DNA of 61,751 nt, the filler included, from Squatina squatina (lineage: Eukaryota): NCBI GenBank assembly GCA_031763465.1. It is 4 parts of 4 records of this genome, joined end to end, with 100 filler letters (N's around TTAATTAATTAA, not from the genome) between each part and the next. Parts side by side here need not be neighbours in the genome. Positions count along the whole stretch, not along the records: positions 15,181 to 32,880 come from JARFOE010000058.1; positions 32,981 to 48,299 come from JARFOE010557049.1; 2 more parts are not named here. One strand, given 5' to 3'. Of this stretch, positions 25,624 through 37,352 are shown one piece after another. The notes beneath the pieces were generated by a model. It was not told the DNA's origin, made no database searches, and worked only from the letters and a program-made list of their open reading frames with translations. A program made the position numbers and the translations under genes. How positions within the stretch are numbered: the first letter of the stretch is position 1; each line of letters begins with the position of its first letter.

Positions 25624-26098
25624 CGCGGGTCGTGAAGCAAGCGGACATCCGCTGTCGGCATGTTATTTAAACGGGAGGCCTTTAGCGCCCCAGGCCGCCA
25701 TCTTTATTTGTCGGCCAACTCTTGGGTCGGCCCGACAATGGCGGCCCTAGTGTGGACTCCGTCTTGGGTGCCGGGCTGCTTGTCCGGTCTCACGTGTCCC
25801 TGGTGGCCCAATGGCGACTACCAAATGACCATGCGGAGTGCACAATGGCCCTCCCCTTCAAGCGAAGGGGAGAGGCAGTGTAGCCCATGGAGCATCCACA
25901 TAGCACTGGACTCAGCGCCGCATTACCGCCCTGGGAGCACCCTGCAAAGGAAGTAGAGCACCGGAGACAGCGTTCCACTTCCTTTGAGGGGTGTATGGCC
26001 CAATTCCGCGTCGGGGATGGGACTTCTGGGCCAGGCGATAACAATCCAAGCCCTGCAAGGTTACCGCCCCCAAACGGGGTGCAGGGCAATTTTGCCCC
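25624..26098. mobile_element. GC-rich MITE related to 18645-19208, left end in gap
   Basis: Ends GGTTACCGCCCCCAAACGGGG...CAATTTTGCCCC, nearly identical to the subterminal sequence at 19167-19208. Confidence 0.7.
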
Positions 26099-26754
26099 TT
26101 CTAACTCTTACTCTCTCTCGCTTTCAAATGCATCATTAAAACCTATCTTGCGTGACCCGATCTAAATTTCTTCACATTGTGCTTGGCGTCCACCGCTTGC
26201 CCTTGCAAATTGCACTGAGATGTTCTTTCTTGTGAGAAATGTCATACAAGTATAAATTGTTGCAGTGTTTCCATGTTCGTTTCCTGTTCTGCAGACTAGA
26301 AAGAGTAGGGTAGATGTTAACTGTTGAGTGGCTGACTGATGGAGTGCGCTGACTTCAGGCTTGTGCAACAGCAAGCGGCCCAGAGGCAACCTGGCCAGCA
26401 GCAAGAGGGCTACAGTGGTCCACATTAGTCTTGTACAGCCTGGAGGAGCAGGCCCACAGAAATAATTTTGTCGTTTTTTTAACCTCTTTGGTTGTACTGC
26501 TGGGTAAAACTGGGCAGAACATTCATGGCCAGCTTTCTCCCAAAATGGCAATCAGGGTCTTATGTGGGTTGTATTAAAAGGACCTACCACCTGAAACATG
26601 CAGGCACTTTGGCCATCCTGAGGTAGGCTCCTTTTAGGACAGCATTGACCGGCTTGGGACTTCGAACAGGGCAGTAAGATTTCCCTCGCAATTTTTTGGG
26701 ACGTTACTTACTGCCTTGGTTCAGCCCTTGGAATCCATGAAAATCTTCAGCAGG

Positions 26755-27178
26755 AAAAAGAACATCTGTAAATGCTGGGAAGTTGTAATTAAAACAAATT
26801 GTGAGACTACACGGTAAGGTCGGTCAGCAGCTTTAAAAAAACGGATGGTTAACATTTTGGGTGTAAGCAATTCAGCAGAATTAGAAATTATAAAATAAAA
26901 AAGAGTGAGAACAACAGGTGTAAGGAAAAGTTAATAATGTTGCCTTCTATCACACAGAGGTAGGTTTACTGTTTTTTTTGAAAGAGGTAAAAATTAATGA
27001 AAAATATACAAAGGACTTCTCAGTGAGGTAATCAAAAGGCAATAAAAGATATGAAAATAATTTATTTTCCAGTTCTGACAAAGGATTTATACCCACCATG
27101 TTAGTCAGTGCTTTTTCTCTTTTTAGATGGTAATGAATCTGTTATATATTTCCATCCTTCACTGTTTTTATTTAAAGG
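26755..27178. mobile_element. Old inverted pair of Penelope-derived hammerhead-associated repeats
   Basis: Minus-strand arm ~26755-26880 and plus-strand arm ~27068-27178 (CCAGTTCTGACAAAGG...ATGTTAGTC...CTGTTTTTATTT); heavily diverged. Confidence 0.55.
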
Positions 27179-27489
27179 AGTTCGCTTCTTATCTGAATGC
27201 ATATGTATTAAGTCATAATATGGTATCACTTTTGCCAAACAAAGTCATTGATCTTAACAAAGGTTTAATTTGATCAGAGTTAAAACTGCATTCATGTATT
27301 ACCTTAGGCATTGGATTTCATCGTAAATGGTATTAGATTAAATGGTTTTATGGTCATTTATGGCTGCCATTATGTTATCAATGTTACATATAGAGATAAG
27401 AATCAAAGTTTTAAAAAAAATCAATAATCTGTATAGAATTAGCCTTTAGCGTATGCATGTAGGAGAACAGAACAAGGCATTGTACGTTA

Positions 27490-27627
27490 GATACAAAAGC
27501 AAAATACTGCGGATGCTGGAAACTGAAATGAAAATAGAAAATTCTGGAAATACTCAGCAAGTCAGGCTGCATCTGTGGAGAGAGAAACAGAGTTAAGGTT
27601 TCAGGTTGATGACCCTTCGTCAGAACC
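27490..27627 (-). mobile_element. Short Penelope-derived element with hammerhead core (27591-27627)
   Basis: Reverse complement reads GGTT CTGACGA AGGGTCATCAACCT GAAA CCTT AACT followed by the family tail. Confidence 0.85.
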
Positions 27628-30600
27628 ATATCCACCATATTATATGTGAATCATACATGTTACTGTATAGAAGTCATACACCATTTGCAAGAAACTGCAC
27701 AAGCAAATTCAGGCACTTGTGCAGGAAAAGTCATACAAACATATAAAAGTTTATGTTTGCGTATTTACAATGTTAAGTATTTATATTCATTTGGTGATGT
27801 TAATTCTTGTCTATTTCTTGTTAGTCAATATCTACAGGCCAGCAAAGCATTTTCACCATTGGTGGACTCTATGGACTTTCTCCCAGACATCAGGGAAGGT
27901 CCCAGCCAGAGTGGCAATGTTGAATATGTGACTTTGAACCAATTAGTCATGCACCAGATTTATGCACATGCAGTTGCTTTAAAATGGCACCAAAGAGAAC
28001 AATTCTGTGATATTGAAGGGTCACCAGGTGTACAGCATCTGTGCAAAGGGTGGACTTCAGCAGCAAATAGCTGCATTCTCCTGTGCGATTGCAAATATTG
28101 TATAACTTCCATACAGTAGCGTGTGTGATTCACATGATATTCAGCCAGATGTACAGTAGGACTTTTGAACGAGAGAGCAATAAGGACACACAGTTTTAAC
28201 TTGTAATTGCTTTTGTTGTGTTAAAAACTTTGACTGAAGGCTACAAATCTATGGGTCGTCTGTAACTATGAAGATACAAAGAAATGATGGAAAACATGAA
28301 TGACAAAGTTACTATCGTCACCTCTTTCTGAACTCTCATGATAGCTTAGTAACACTAAAACAAGTTTTTTTTTTATTTGAAGCTGCCAGTAAAAATGCTT
28401 TTCTCATTTATAATTAAACTTAGTGAATACATTAGCCCCAAGGTGCTGCAGGGCAAACAGACAATGGACATTCCGTCGCGCTTTCAGCCAAGTTAATTGG
28501 CTTTCAAATGTGACATTAACCAAAAGCAGCACTATTCTACATAAACTTTGCTTTCTTAGTCTGAGCTCTGATACACAATAGGGAGACTATAACAGCAGAG
28601 ATCTCATATATGATTGTCTCGCTTTATAGCTGCCATACCATAAAACAAATCAAGTTACATAGAAGAAGGAGTTTATTACGATGCATTTAAAGCTAATCAC
28701 AGCTCACTTTAATTGCCTCTTACAGTTTAACACAATACAACTAATTAATGGCAATACGTGAGAAAAAGCAAAGCTGATCCAAATAAACTCTACAGGACAA
28801 AAGAAGTGATCTTCAAAATCACTTGTGTTATTCAAAACCAAGAAGGCCTTATTGGAAAATCAATATTCAGCTTTAAAATGAAAAATGGCTGNNNNNNNNN
28901 NNNNNNNNNNNNNNNNNNNNNNNNNNNNNNNNNNNNNNNNNNNNNNNNNNNNNNNNNNNNNNNNNNNNNNNNNNNNNNNNNNNNNNNNNNNTCACTGCAG
29001 AACTGTGATTCTATTTCTATTTAGCTGTATGTCTAAGTACTGGAAAAAAATTACTAACTGTATTTATACAGGTACATCTGCTCAAATTGGAGTCTGGTGC
29101 ATTTATGCTCATCCTCCCTCTTCCATGTTTCTTGGCAATTTTGCTTTCAATTCCTCACAATGTATAATGATGGGACTGCAACAAAGGGACTGAAACACTT
29201 GATACTGGGCCATTTACTCATCCTACTTATTGCAGGATGCCTGTGATGCAAATCCATTGTCATAATGTTTCATTAGTCCAGATGGATCACATCATTTTGT
29301 GAACGATAACGTTTTGTGAATTGTGCTGAAGTAGAGAACATGGGATGGGTCCAATCATGACTGCCTGACAGAAATAATCATTGTGAAAGACCAACGTGAT
29401 GCACCATTATGCTATTGGCCAATTATCCCCAGGTGGCTATTTTAAGTGTGCTCATACAATATAAAATGTAGCATAAATATAATTGGACATAATTGCGGAC
29501 AGGAAAGAGTCATCCATAATTATAAATATCACCACAATTATACAAAGAGCTCTTTTTACTTCCTTACTCCTTTCCCTGCACTCTTCTGTTTGTATGCTCT
29601 GTCCCTTCCTGTCACACTCTGGTTATCATTACCCATATCACTACGCTGCACTATTGCCTTGACCTTTCTCTTTAACATTGTAAATTTCCTCTCACCTGAA
29701 CCCTCCCCCCACCACCCCCTACTATCTTTGTATTATCTTTGCAATTCACAGAAAATCCTCGATAACATATTAACTCCCTTAGTTAGCCATGCAAGTGTCA
29801 CGGCCTGTTGGGCCAAACGGCCTCCTTCTGGAATGTATGATTCTATGATCAATGATTTTACCTTGACTGGACAAGCCTCAAGTGCTTTTCCCCCTTCCAG
29901 TGTCAAGTGCTCATCAGCTCAAACATATGTGGCTTGAGTCCAATGCTCCCCAAAGATGTAGATCCTATCCCCAAATTTTGTGGTAGGCTCATTGGCATAG
30001 TTGGTGACTTGCTATGGACTGCTGGTGTCTTCAAGGGTCTATCAGTGGCACCAATGGAGCCCCAGAATACTGGAAAGGTGCCATGCCATTCCAAGGTAAC
30101 AAAGGAGGTCTGGGTAGGGCCTCGCAGAAACAGACCAGCAGAACTCTTCAGCTCTTGAAAGAGATATCAGTTTGTTGCTGCAAGGTAGCCAATTCCCTCC
30201 AGGATTGAATATCTTTCCCTGGGGTATTTTAGGGCCTTTACTAGGCCCATAATGAAGCATATTCCTGCTCTCAGCAGGAACGGGGTTCTGTTGGGTGGTA
30301 TGGTGGGCAGAATTTCCCAGGAAGGCCCAGGAACTCCCTCAGACATGGCTTCCAACAACATAAGGGGGAGTGGACAGAAGATCTGTCCATTACCCCCCTG
30401 GAAAACAGCAGGATGGAAAACATAGGGTGGAATCCCTGTGGAACTTGGTTGTGCTTAATTTTCCAATGCCCAATTGCGAGATCAGCTGGGATTCCTCCTT
30501 GGCCCCGATCGGAATTTTACAGTCAAAGAAGATTCAGTACTGTTCAGAAAGCCTGCACTATCAATCTTCCATCTGCAGAATCAGTCGTTAATTTTAACAG

Positions 30601-30935
30601 CAACATAATGTGGAGTCAAGTTTTCAACATCTCTTTCTCACTTTCTGTCTTCAATCTTGTGCAAATCCATAACATTTCAAAGTGTCAAAATGATAAAAAT
30701 AATAGCNNNNNNNNNNNNNNNNNNNNNNNNNNNNNNNNNNNNNNNNNNNNNNNNNNNNNNNNNNNNNNNNNNNNNNNNNNNNNNNNNNNNNNNNNNNNNN
30801 NNNNNNTTTGATAATTGCTCCTGTGAAGCGCCTTGGGACATTTTTACCACATTAAAGGCGCTATATTGTTGTCCGTAATGCGAGTTCTGAGTTCTGGAAG
30901 TTTCGGAATTTAACATCCTATTTACTGTTCCGCAG

Positions 30936-31086
30936 GCTCTTTGCAACTGGCATAAAGTTGAACTACGAGCAGCGACGAGGTGCCAGCTCGCGAAGCCTAA
31001 ACACGGACGTCTCCATTAACTGGATGGAGCTGCTGGAGTGCCTCTTCCCTATGGATTTGCAGACCGTTATGCCCCAATATACCGAG
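30936..31086 (+). CDS. Unidentified internal coding exon (151 bp)
   Basis: Acceptor TTTACTGTTCCGCAG|, donor GAG|GTGAGA, open frame LFATGIKLNYEQRRGASSRSLNTDVSINWMELLECLFPMDLQTVMPQYTE, raised GC/CpG; protein not recognised. Confidence 0.7.
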
Positions 31087-31981
31087 GTGAGAACTATGGG
31101 TGCTAGCATAGGCAGATGCTAACTTGTGCACACACTCAGATACTCCTAGTACACAAGCCACGACTGACTTCTTCCCTCTCCGTGACTTCAACTTTGTTTG
31201 GTTCATAAAGTAGAAACTGTTTTCTTTAAAACTTCCTCAGTTGGCTGTTGGAACAGAACAGAGTCTCATTTGTAGATCTGAGCAAATGTTTGTTGTACAA
31301 ATGCATGGCTTTATATTTGTCTTTATTAAGGTGCTGTCTTTATGATAAATGCACAGTACCTTGTCTGGATCTCCCAGTTGACAATAAATCATTTCAGCAT
31401 TGATTTTCTGAGTGTTTCTTTCTTGCAGTGTCCTCCTGTCAGGATTAAAATTCCTTGACTCTGGAGGCGAATTTTATTCTCTATTTTGCTGCATTCTGTT
31501 TGTTTGATTATAAATGTAATTTGTGCGTTCTGCAGAATTTAAACTTGTTTTCCATCTTCTGTTTCCAGCAGTCCTAAGATGCCAAAAAGCAACGACATGG
31601 GTCTACTGCCTATGGCTTTGGTGTTTATGCTTTAACTCAGTACCATCTAATGAGACTCGCAAACAACAAGTAAGGATTCAGGTGGAACCTAACTGACAGA
31701 GTATCATCCCACCGTCAGTTGGGAGATGTTAGTGGTAAAGACATTGAGGTACATACCTAAGTATCTAAAACAGATGGTGCATGGTGTTAGTCAGCCTGCT
31801 AGTTGAGTTTTTTTCTTATCTTTTGTAATGTCGGGGAAGGCAGGCTGGAAAATTAAATATATTTTTCTACTTGACATTCAGNNNNNNNNNNNNNNNNNNN
31901 NNNNNNNNNNNNNNNNNNNNNNNNNNNNNNNNNNNNNNNNNNNNNNNNNNNNNNNNNNNNNNNNNNNNNNNNNNNNNNNNN

Positions 31982-32265
31982 TTACACATTAGTAATTAAA
32001 CTGACAGCAGTATTGTGTTACACTTTAGTAATAATATTGTGAGCAGGGTATTGTTACAGCTCCATTAAGAATGCTGTCAGCATGGTTTTGGTACATTTCA
32101 TTAATAATCCTGACAGCAGAGTATTGTTCTTCAGTAATAATGCTGACCGCAGGCTATTGTTATACTTCAGTAATAATACTGACAGCAGGGTATTGTTACA
32201 CTGATTATTATTGCTGACAGCATAGTATTGTTCCACTTCAATAATAATACTGATAGCAGTATTTT
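31982..32265. repeat. Degenerate ~36-bp minisatellite, about 8 visible units
   Basis: Consensus TTACACTTCAGTAATAATACTGACAGCAGGGTATTG; left end truncated by gap. Confidence 0.85.
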
Positions 32266-32880
32266 AGGTGACAGCAATACAAATGCTTTTTATAAAATTT
32301 CTTTCAAAAGCAGTCTTTTGTACATTTTCACTTACAAACTAAGCATAATAAAAGTAAACACAGGTTATGACAGAACTATTATTTCCTACTGGATGAATTA
32401 AAAAATCTATTTTATCCAAGGCGAATAGAACTCTGAAACTCTCCAACTTCTCAAGGTCCTTCAGGTGTTGTGGAAAAGGACAGAAAGTAGATGATGAAGC
32501 TGTCTTGATGTGTTAAGCTGTCACAATGGATACATCCTCACAGCACCTCATTCATCAACAGCTGTAATGTTGAAAGGGTATTCTTCAGGCTGAAAGCCGT
32601 GACCTCAAATTAATAGTGGCTCAGTTGGTGATAAATGCTGTCTTCTCTTGGGCTTCAATATAGACATTAACCAGCCAGTAACCTCTACTATATTGGGGCA
32701 CTTAGATGTTTAGTGTTGTGTGATTCATAAATCAGACGAGCTCACAAGCACTGCTGCAGTGTCATAGCCCCCAAGTTGCATCAGCATGAATCTGACAGCA
32801 GTGGCCCTTTTCCTTGTAAAAGGACCTTGCAAGCCTATATACAATACAGTTGAATATTTTCAGCCATTAAAAAATAGCGG

Positions 32881-32980
32881 NNNNNNNNNNNNNNNNNNNN
32901 NNNNNNNNNNNNNNNNNNNNNNNNTTAATTAATTAANNNNNNNNNNNNNNNNNNNNNNNNNNNNNNNNNNNNNNNNNNNN
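32881..32980. other. Artificial scaffold linker
   Basis: N44-TTAATTAATTAA-N44. Confidence 0.97.
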
Positions 32981-34700
32981 TGCCTTTTAGCGAATTTCGT
33001 ATCCATGTTGCCACTGTCCCTTTTATTCCATGGGCATTCACATTGCTGGCAAGCCAACTACGTAGCACGTTGTTGAACACATTTTGGAAATCCAAATACA
33101 CCATGTCAACCGCCTTTGCCTCGTCAACCCTCACCACGATCTCATCAAAAATCTTGATCAAGTCAGTTAAACACGACTTGCTTTTAACAAATCTGTGTTG
33201 GCTTTTCTTACTTAATCCAAACTTGCCAAGTGACTGTTCATTGTGTCTTGATTATTGTTTCTAAAAATGTCCGCACTACCAAAGGTTAAACTGACTGGCC
33301 TATAGTTCTTCGGTTTATCTTTACACCCTTTGAACAAGATTGTAGCATTTGGAGTTCTCCAGTCCTAAGGCACCACCCCCTATGGTTGATTGGAAGATTA
33401 CAGCCAGGACCTGTGCGATTCCAATTACCTCCTCTACCTCCTCCTTCACTGTGTATATGGCAGTATCTTCTTCCTTATTGAAGACAGATGCGATGTACTG
33501 ATTTAATACCTCAGTAATACGCTCTGCTCCATGCCTACATCTCAATTTTGTTGCTGATCAGCCCCACCTATTCTCTTACTACTGTTTTCTTATTTTTATG
33601 ACAACAGAAGATATTTGGATTGCATTTTATTGGTTCCCATTCTATTCTCATTTGCCCCTCTTACTTTCTGGTTCACTTATCCACTGAACTTTGTATTTTA
33701 AGCCTGATTCTCAGATATATTCTGGACCTGACATCTGTCTTACACGCACTTTTTCTGCTTCATCTTAATCTCTATTTTCTTCATCATGCAGTGAGCTCTG
33801 CCTTCAGTTGCCCTATATTTCCACCTACCGTGAATGCACCTCGACTGTATCCAAACTATTTCCTTTTTAACTGCAGCCCATTGTTCCACTGCAGTTCTGC
33901 CTGCCAATCTTTGATTCTAATTTACCCGGGCCTGAGCTATTCTCATCCCAATGAACTATGCCTTCCTCCAATAAATATTTGAATCTAGATTGCTCCCTGC
34001 CCTTTTCCATAGTTAACCCATACATTATGATACAATGATCACTGTTCCCTAAATGTTCACCTGCTGACACTTCCTCCACTTGACCTACATCATTTCCCAA
34101 AACCAGATCCAGCAATGCCTCCTTCCTCGTTCGGCTGGAAACATACTGAACAAGAAAGTTCTCCTGAACATACTTCTGAAATTCTTCCCCCTCTCTGCCT
34201 TTGCACAATTACTATCACAGTCTATATTAGGAGAGTTGCAGTTCCCCGTTATCACTACTCTATACTGCTTGCATCACTCTGTAACATCTGAGCAAATTTG
34301 CTACTGCATGTTTGTCTCATTAGTTGATGACCTGTAGAAAACATGTAGTAGTGCAATGACACGTCTGTTTTGCTTAATTCGAGCCATGTAGTTTCCGTCC
34401 TAGTCCCCTCCAGGCTGTCGTATCTCTCCCCAGCTAGGTAGGGTCGGGGTTAAATTTCCAGGGTCTGCGGTAACATTCTGCAACATTCTCCTTATTCAAT
34501 AAAGTCATACCAAGCCCTATCTTTCCTGGACTCCCTATATCCAAAAATATTTAACACCCAGTTCTACCATTTTTTGTGCCAGGTCTCCGTCATTGCTACG
34601 ATATCATTTTCCCATGTGCCTACCACTTATCAACCTTGTTCATTTTGCTTCTTGCATTCACATACATACATTATAAAACGATCTGAGACCACCCGGTGTT
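32981..34700 (-). mobile_element. Decayed CR1 LINE ORF2 (endonuclease to RT)
   Basis: TRKEALLDLVLGN...HLGNSDHCII and AVDMVYLDFQNVF..V...L...NAHGIKG motifs on the minus strand. Confidence 0.9.
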
Positions 34701-34974
34701 TCCTCTTAGTCTAACCCCACCCAGTAGCCTTTGGTATTGGAGAGTAATTGCCATATGTTAACACTTATGACGGCAGCTTCCATCACTTTGCTGATTATTG
34801 ATTGTAGAATGAGAGGGCGGTAATTGGCCATATTGACCAATAGTTGCCAGTGTTGTTGCCCGCTGCATGAAAATAGATATTAAATACCTTCCAGCCCAAC
34901 CAGCCGCAGCCTGACGTACAAACCCTGCCAAAGTGATGCTGCTTGTTGCTCGAATTGGCTGATCATTGCAGCAA

Positions 34975-36440
34975 TAGCAACGTTCATTTATACAGCGCCT
35001 TCACTTAGTCTAACGCCCCAAGGCACTCCACAGGGGCGAAATCAGAAAGTATTTGACACCAAGCCACATAAGGATATATACGTTCAACGCAGTAAGTTTT
35101 AATTAGCACCCTAAACTAGGAGAGTGAAGTAGAGAGGTTTAGGTACAGCAATCAAGAGTATAGGGCACTGACAGCTGAGGGAAACGCCAGCAATTCTGCA
35201 GTAAAGGAAGTGGGTGATGCAAAAGAGACCAGAGAAGAAATAGCGCCGAGATCTCAGAGAGTTTTCGAGCTGGAGCAGGTTGCAGACATAATGAGGGACG
35301 AGGCCATGGATGGTTTGAATATGAATATGAGAATTGCAAAATGGAGACATTTCTGGAACAGTAGTCAATATAGATCAGCAAGCACAGGACAGATGTATGA
35401 ATGGGACTGGTTGCGAATTATGTTATGGGCAGCAGACTTTTTGGATCTCACGTTTACGGAGGGTGGTAGATGGGAGGCTGCAGAGGATAGTATTGGTAAA
35501 GTCAAGTCTGGAGATGCCAAACCATGGCTGAGGCTCTTAATAACAGATAGGGTTGAGCTGATCAATATTACACAGTCTTTTGAAGGAGAGGATATGGAAT
35601 TAACAGCTCAAATAGAAAGCAGAGGTTGGCAACAATCCCGTTCAACCTTAGACACTGGCCAGGGAGAGTGATGGAAATGACGGGTGTCAGACCTGCGGTT
35701 TTACAACACAAATGCAGTGGAGTGGTTAAGAGGCGTGATGGTTCGGTAGAGCAGTGTGTCATTGGTGTACATATGAAATCTGAAGATTTTTCTGACAATG
35801 CTGCCAAGGAGCAGCATATAGATCAGAAATAGGAGCGAGCCACAGACAGATTCTTGGGGAACTCTGGAGGTAAACGGTGCGGGAGCAGGGAGATAAGCTA
35901 CTGCAGGATATTCTCCAGCTCTGACTCTGAAGGTGCAGGTGGAAGCAGGTGATGGCTGTCCCACAGAGCTATAAAAATCAGGCGAGGATTTGGAGGAGGA
36001 TGGTGTAGTGAAACTTGTCAAGAGGGAAATAATGAAGAGGGATTGTGCACCAAGGTCACAACCACATGGGACATGACTTGTGATTTTCCTAAGGCCCGTT
36101 TCAGTGCTGTGGCTGGGGTGGTAACAAGATTGGGGAGATTCCAGCATGGGGTTGTGTGAAAGATAGGCAAGGATTTGGGCAATGGAAAAGACATTCATGC
36201 TATTTGGAGGTGAAAAGGAGGTTGGAGATGGTGCTGCAGTTTTCAAAGATAGAGGGGCCAGGTGTGATTTGCTCGGAAGAGTTGATGAGGTCAGATTTGG
36301 AAGGGCATGGAACAATACTGGAGCAGAGGGAATCATTCTCAATATCAGCCAGCATGGGGCCAGGGAGTGAAGTGGATGTTCGGCAATTTAATGGGAGGAG
36401 GGTTGAGAGAGTAGGACACAAAATTGAGTCGCAATCTGAG
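34975..36440 (-). mobile_element. Decayed L2-clade LINE (RT and 3' tail)
   Basis: QSCYHPSHSTETGLRKIT, VPQESVCGSLLFLIYMLLLG, FHMYTNDTLLY (degenerate YADD); tail shared with DeuSINEs. Confidence 0.85.
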
Positions 36441-36444
36441 TTCT

Positions 36445-37352
36445 GAGGATGGTGGAAAAAGGCTCCAAGATGATATAGACGGGCTAAGTGAGTGGGCAAG
36501 AACAGGCCAGATGGGATTTAAGGTGGAAATTGTGACATTATCCACTGTGGCAGGAAAAACAGAAATGCTGAGTATTTTCTAAATGGTGAGGGCTTGGGAA
36601 ATGCTGATCTTCAACGGGACCTGGGTGTCCTTGTAGACGAGTCACTGAAAGCTTACATGCAGGTGCAGCAAAGAATTGTGAAGGCAAATGGTATGCTGGC
36701 CTTTATTACAAGAGGATTTGAGTACTGGAGTAAAGATGTCTTGGTGGAAATATATAGGGTCTTGGGGTGACTGCACCTGGAGTATTGTGCACAGTTTTGT
36801 TCACCTTACCTTAGTAAGGATTTACTTGCCATAGAGGGAGTGCAAAGAAGGTTCATCAGACTGATCCCTGTGATGGTGGAATCGTCGTATGAGGAGAGAT
36901 TGAATGGACTAGTCCTGTATTCTCCAGAGTTTAGAAGAATGAGAGGTGATCTCATTGAAACATCCAAAATTCTTACCGGGCTGGACAGGGTAGATGTGGC
37001 GAGGATCTTTTCTCTGCCTGCGGAGTGGGTGGGGGGGCTCCAGAACCATGGACAAAGTCTCAGAATAAGTGGTAGACCAGTTAGGAATGAGATGATTAGA
37101 AATATCTTCACTCAGAGGGTGGTGAATCTTTGGAATTGTCTACCCAAGACGGCTCTGGAGGCTCAGTCATTGAGTATCTTCAAGACAGAGATCGATAGAT
37201 TTCCATATGAAAGACATCAAGGGATATAGGGATAGTTCAAGAAAATGGCATTGAGTTAGAAGATCAGACACGATCTGGTTGATTTGCAGAGCAGGCTCGA
37301 GAGGCCAAATGGCCTATTCCTGCTCCTATTTCACAAGTCCTTATATTCTTAT
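36445..37352 (+). mobile_element. CR1 LINE 3' portion
   Basis: QRRFIRLIP...YEERLNGLVLYSPEFRRMRGDLIET...FTQRVVNLWNCLP and 3' UTR ATGGCCTATTCCTGCTCCT. Confidence 0.92.

Noticed and set aside
26162-28119. 129-aa and 157-aa ORFs in piece 2
   Set aside because: Non-coding-like composition, no paired splice sites or known similarity
31982-32265. 36-bp periodicity as a CRISPR array
   Set aside because: Head-to-tail units with no unique spacers, eukaryotic context, no cas genes
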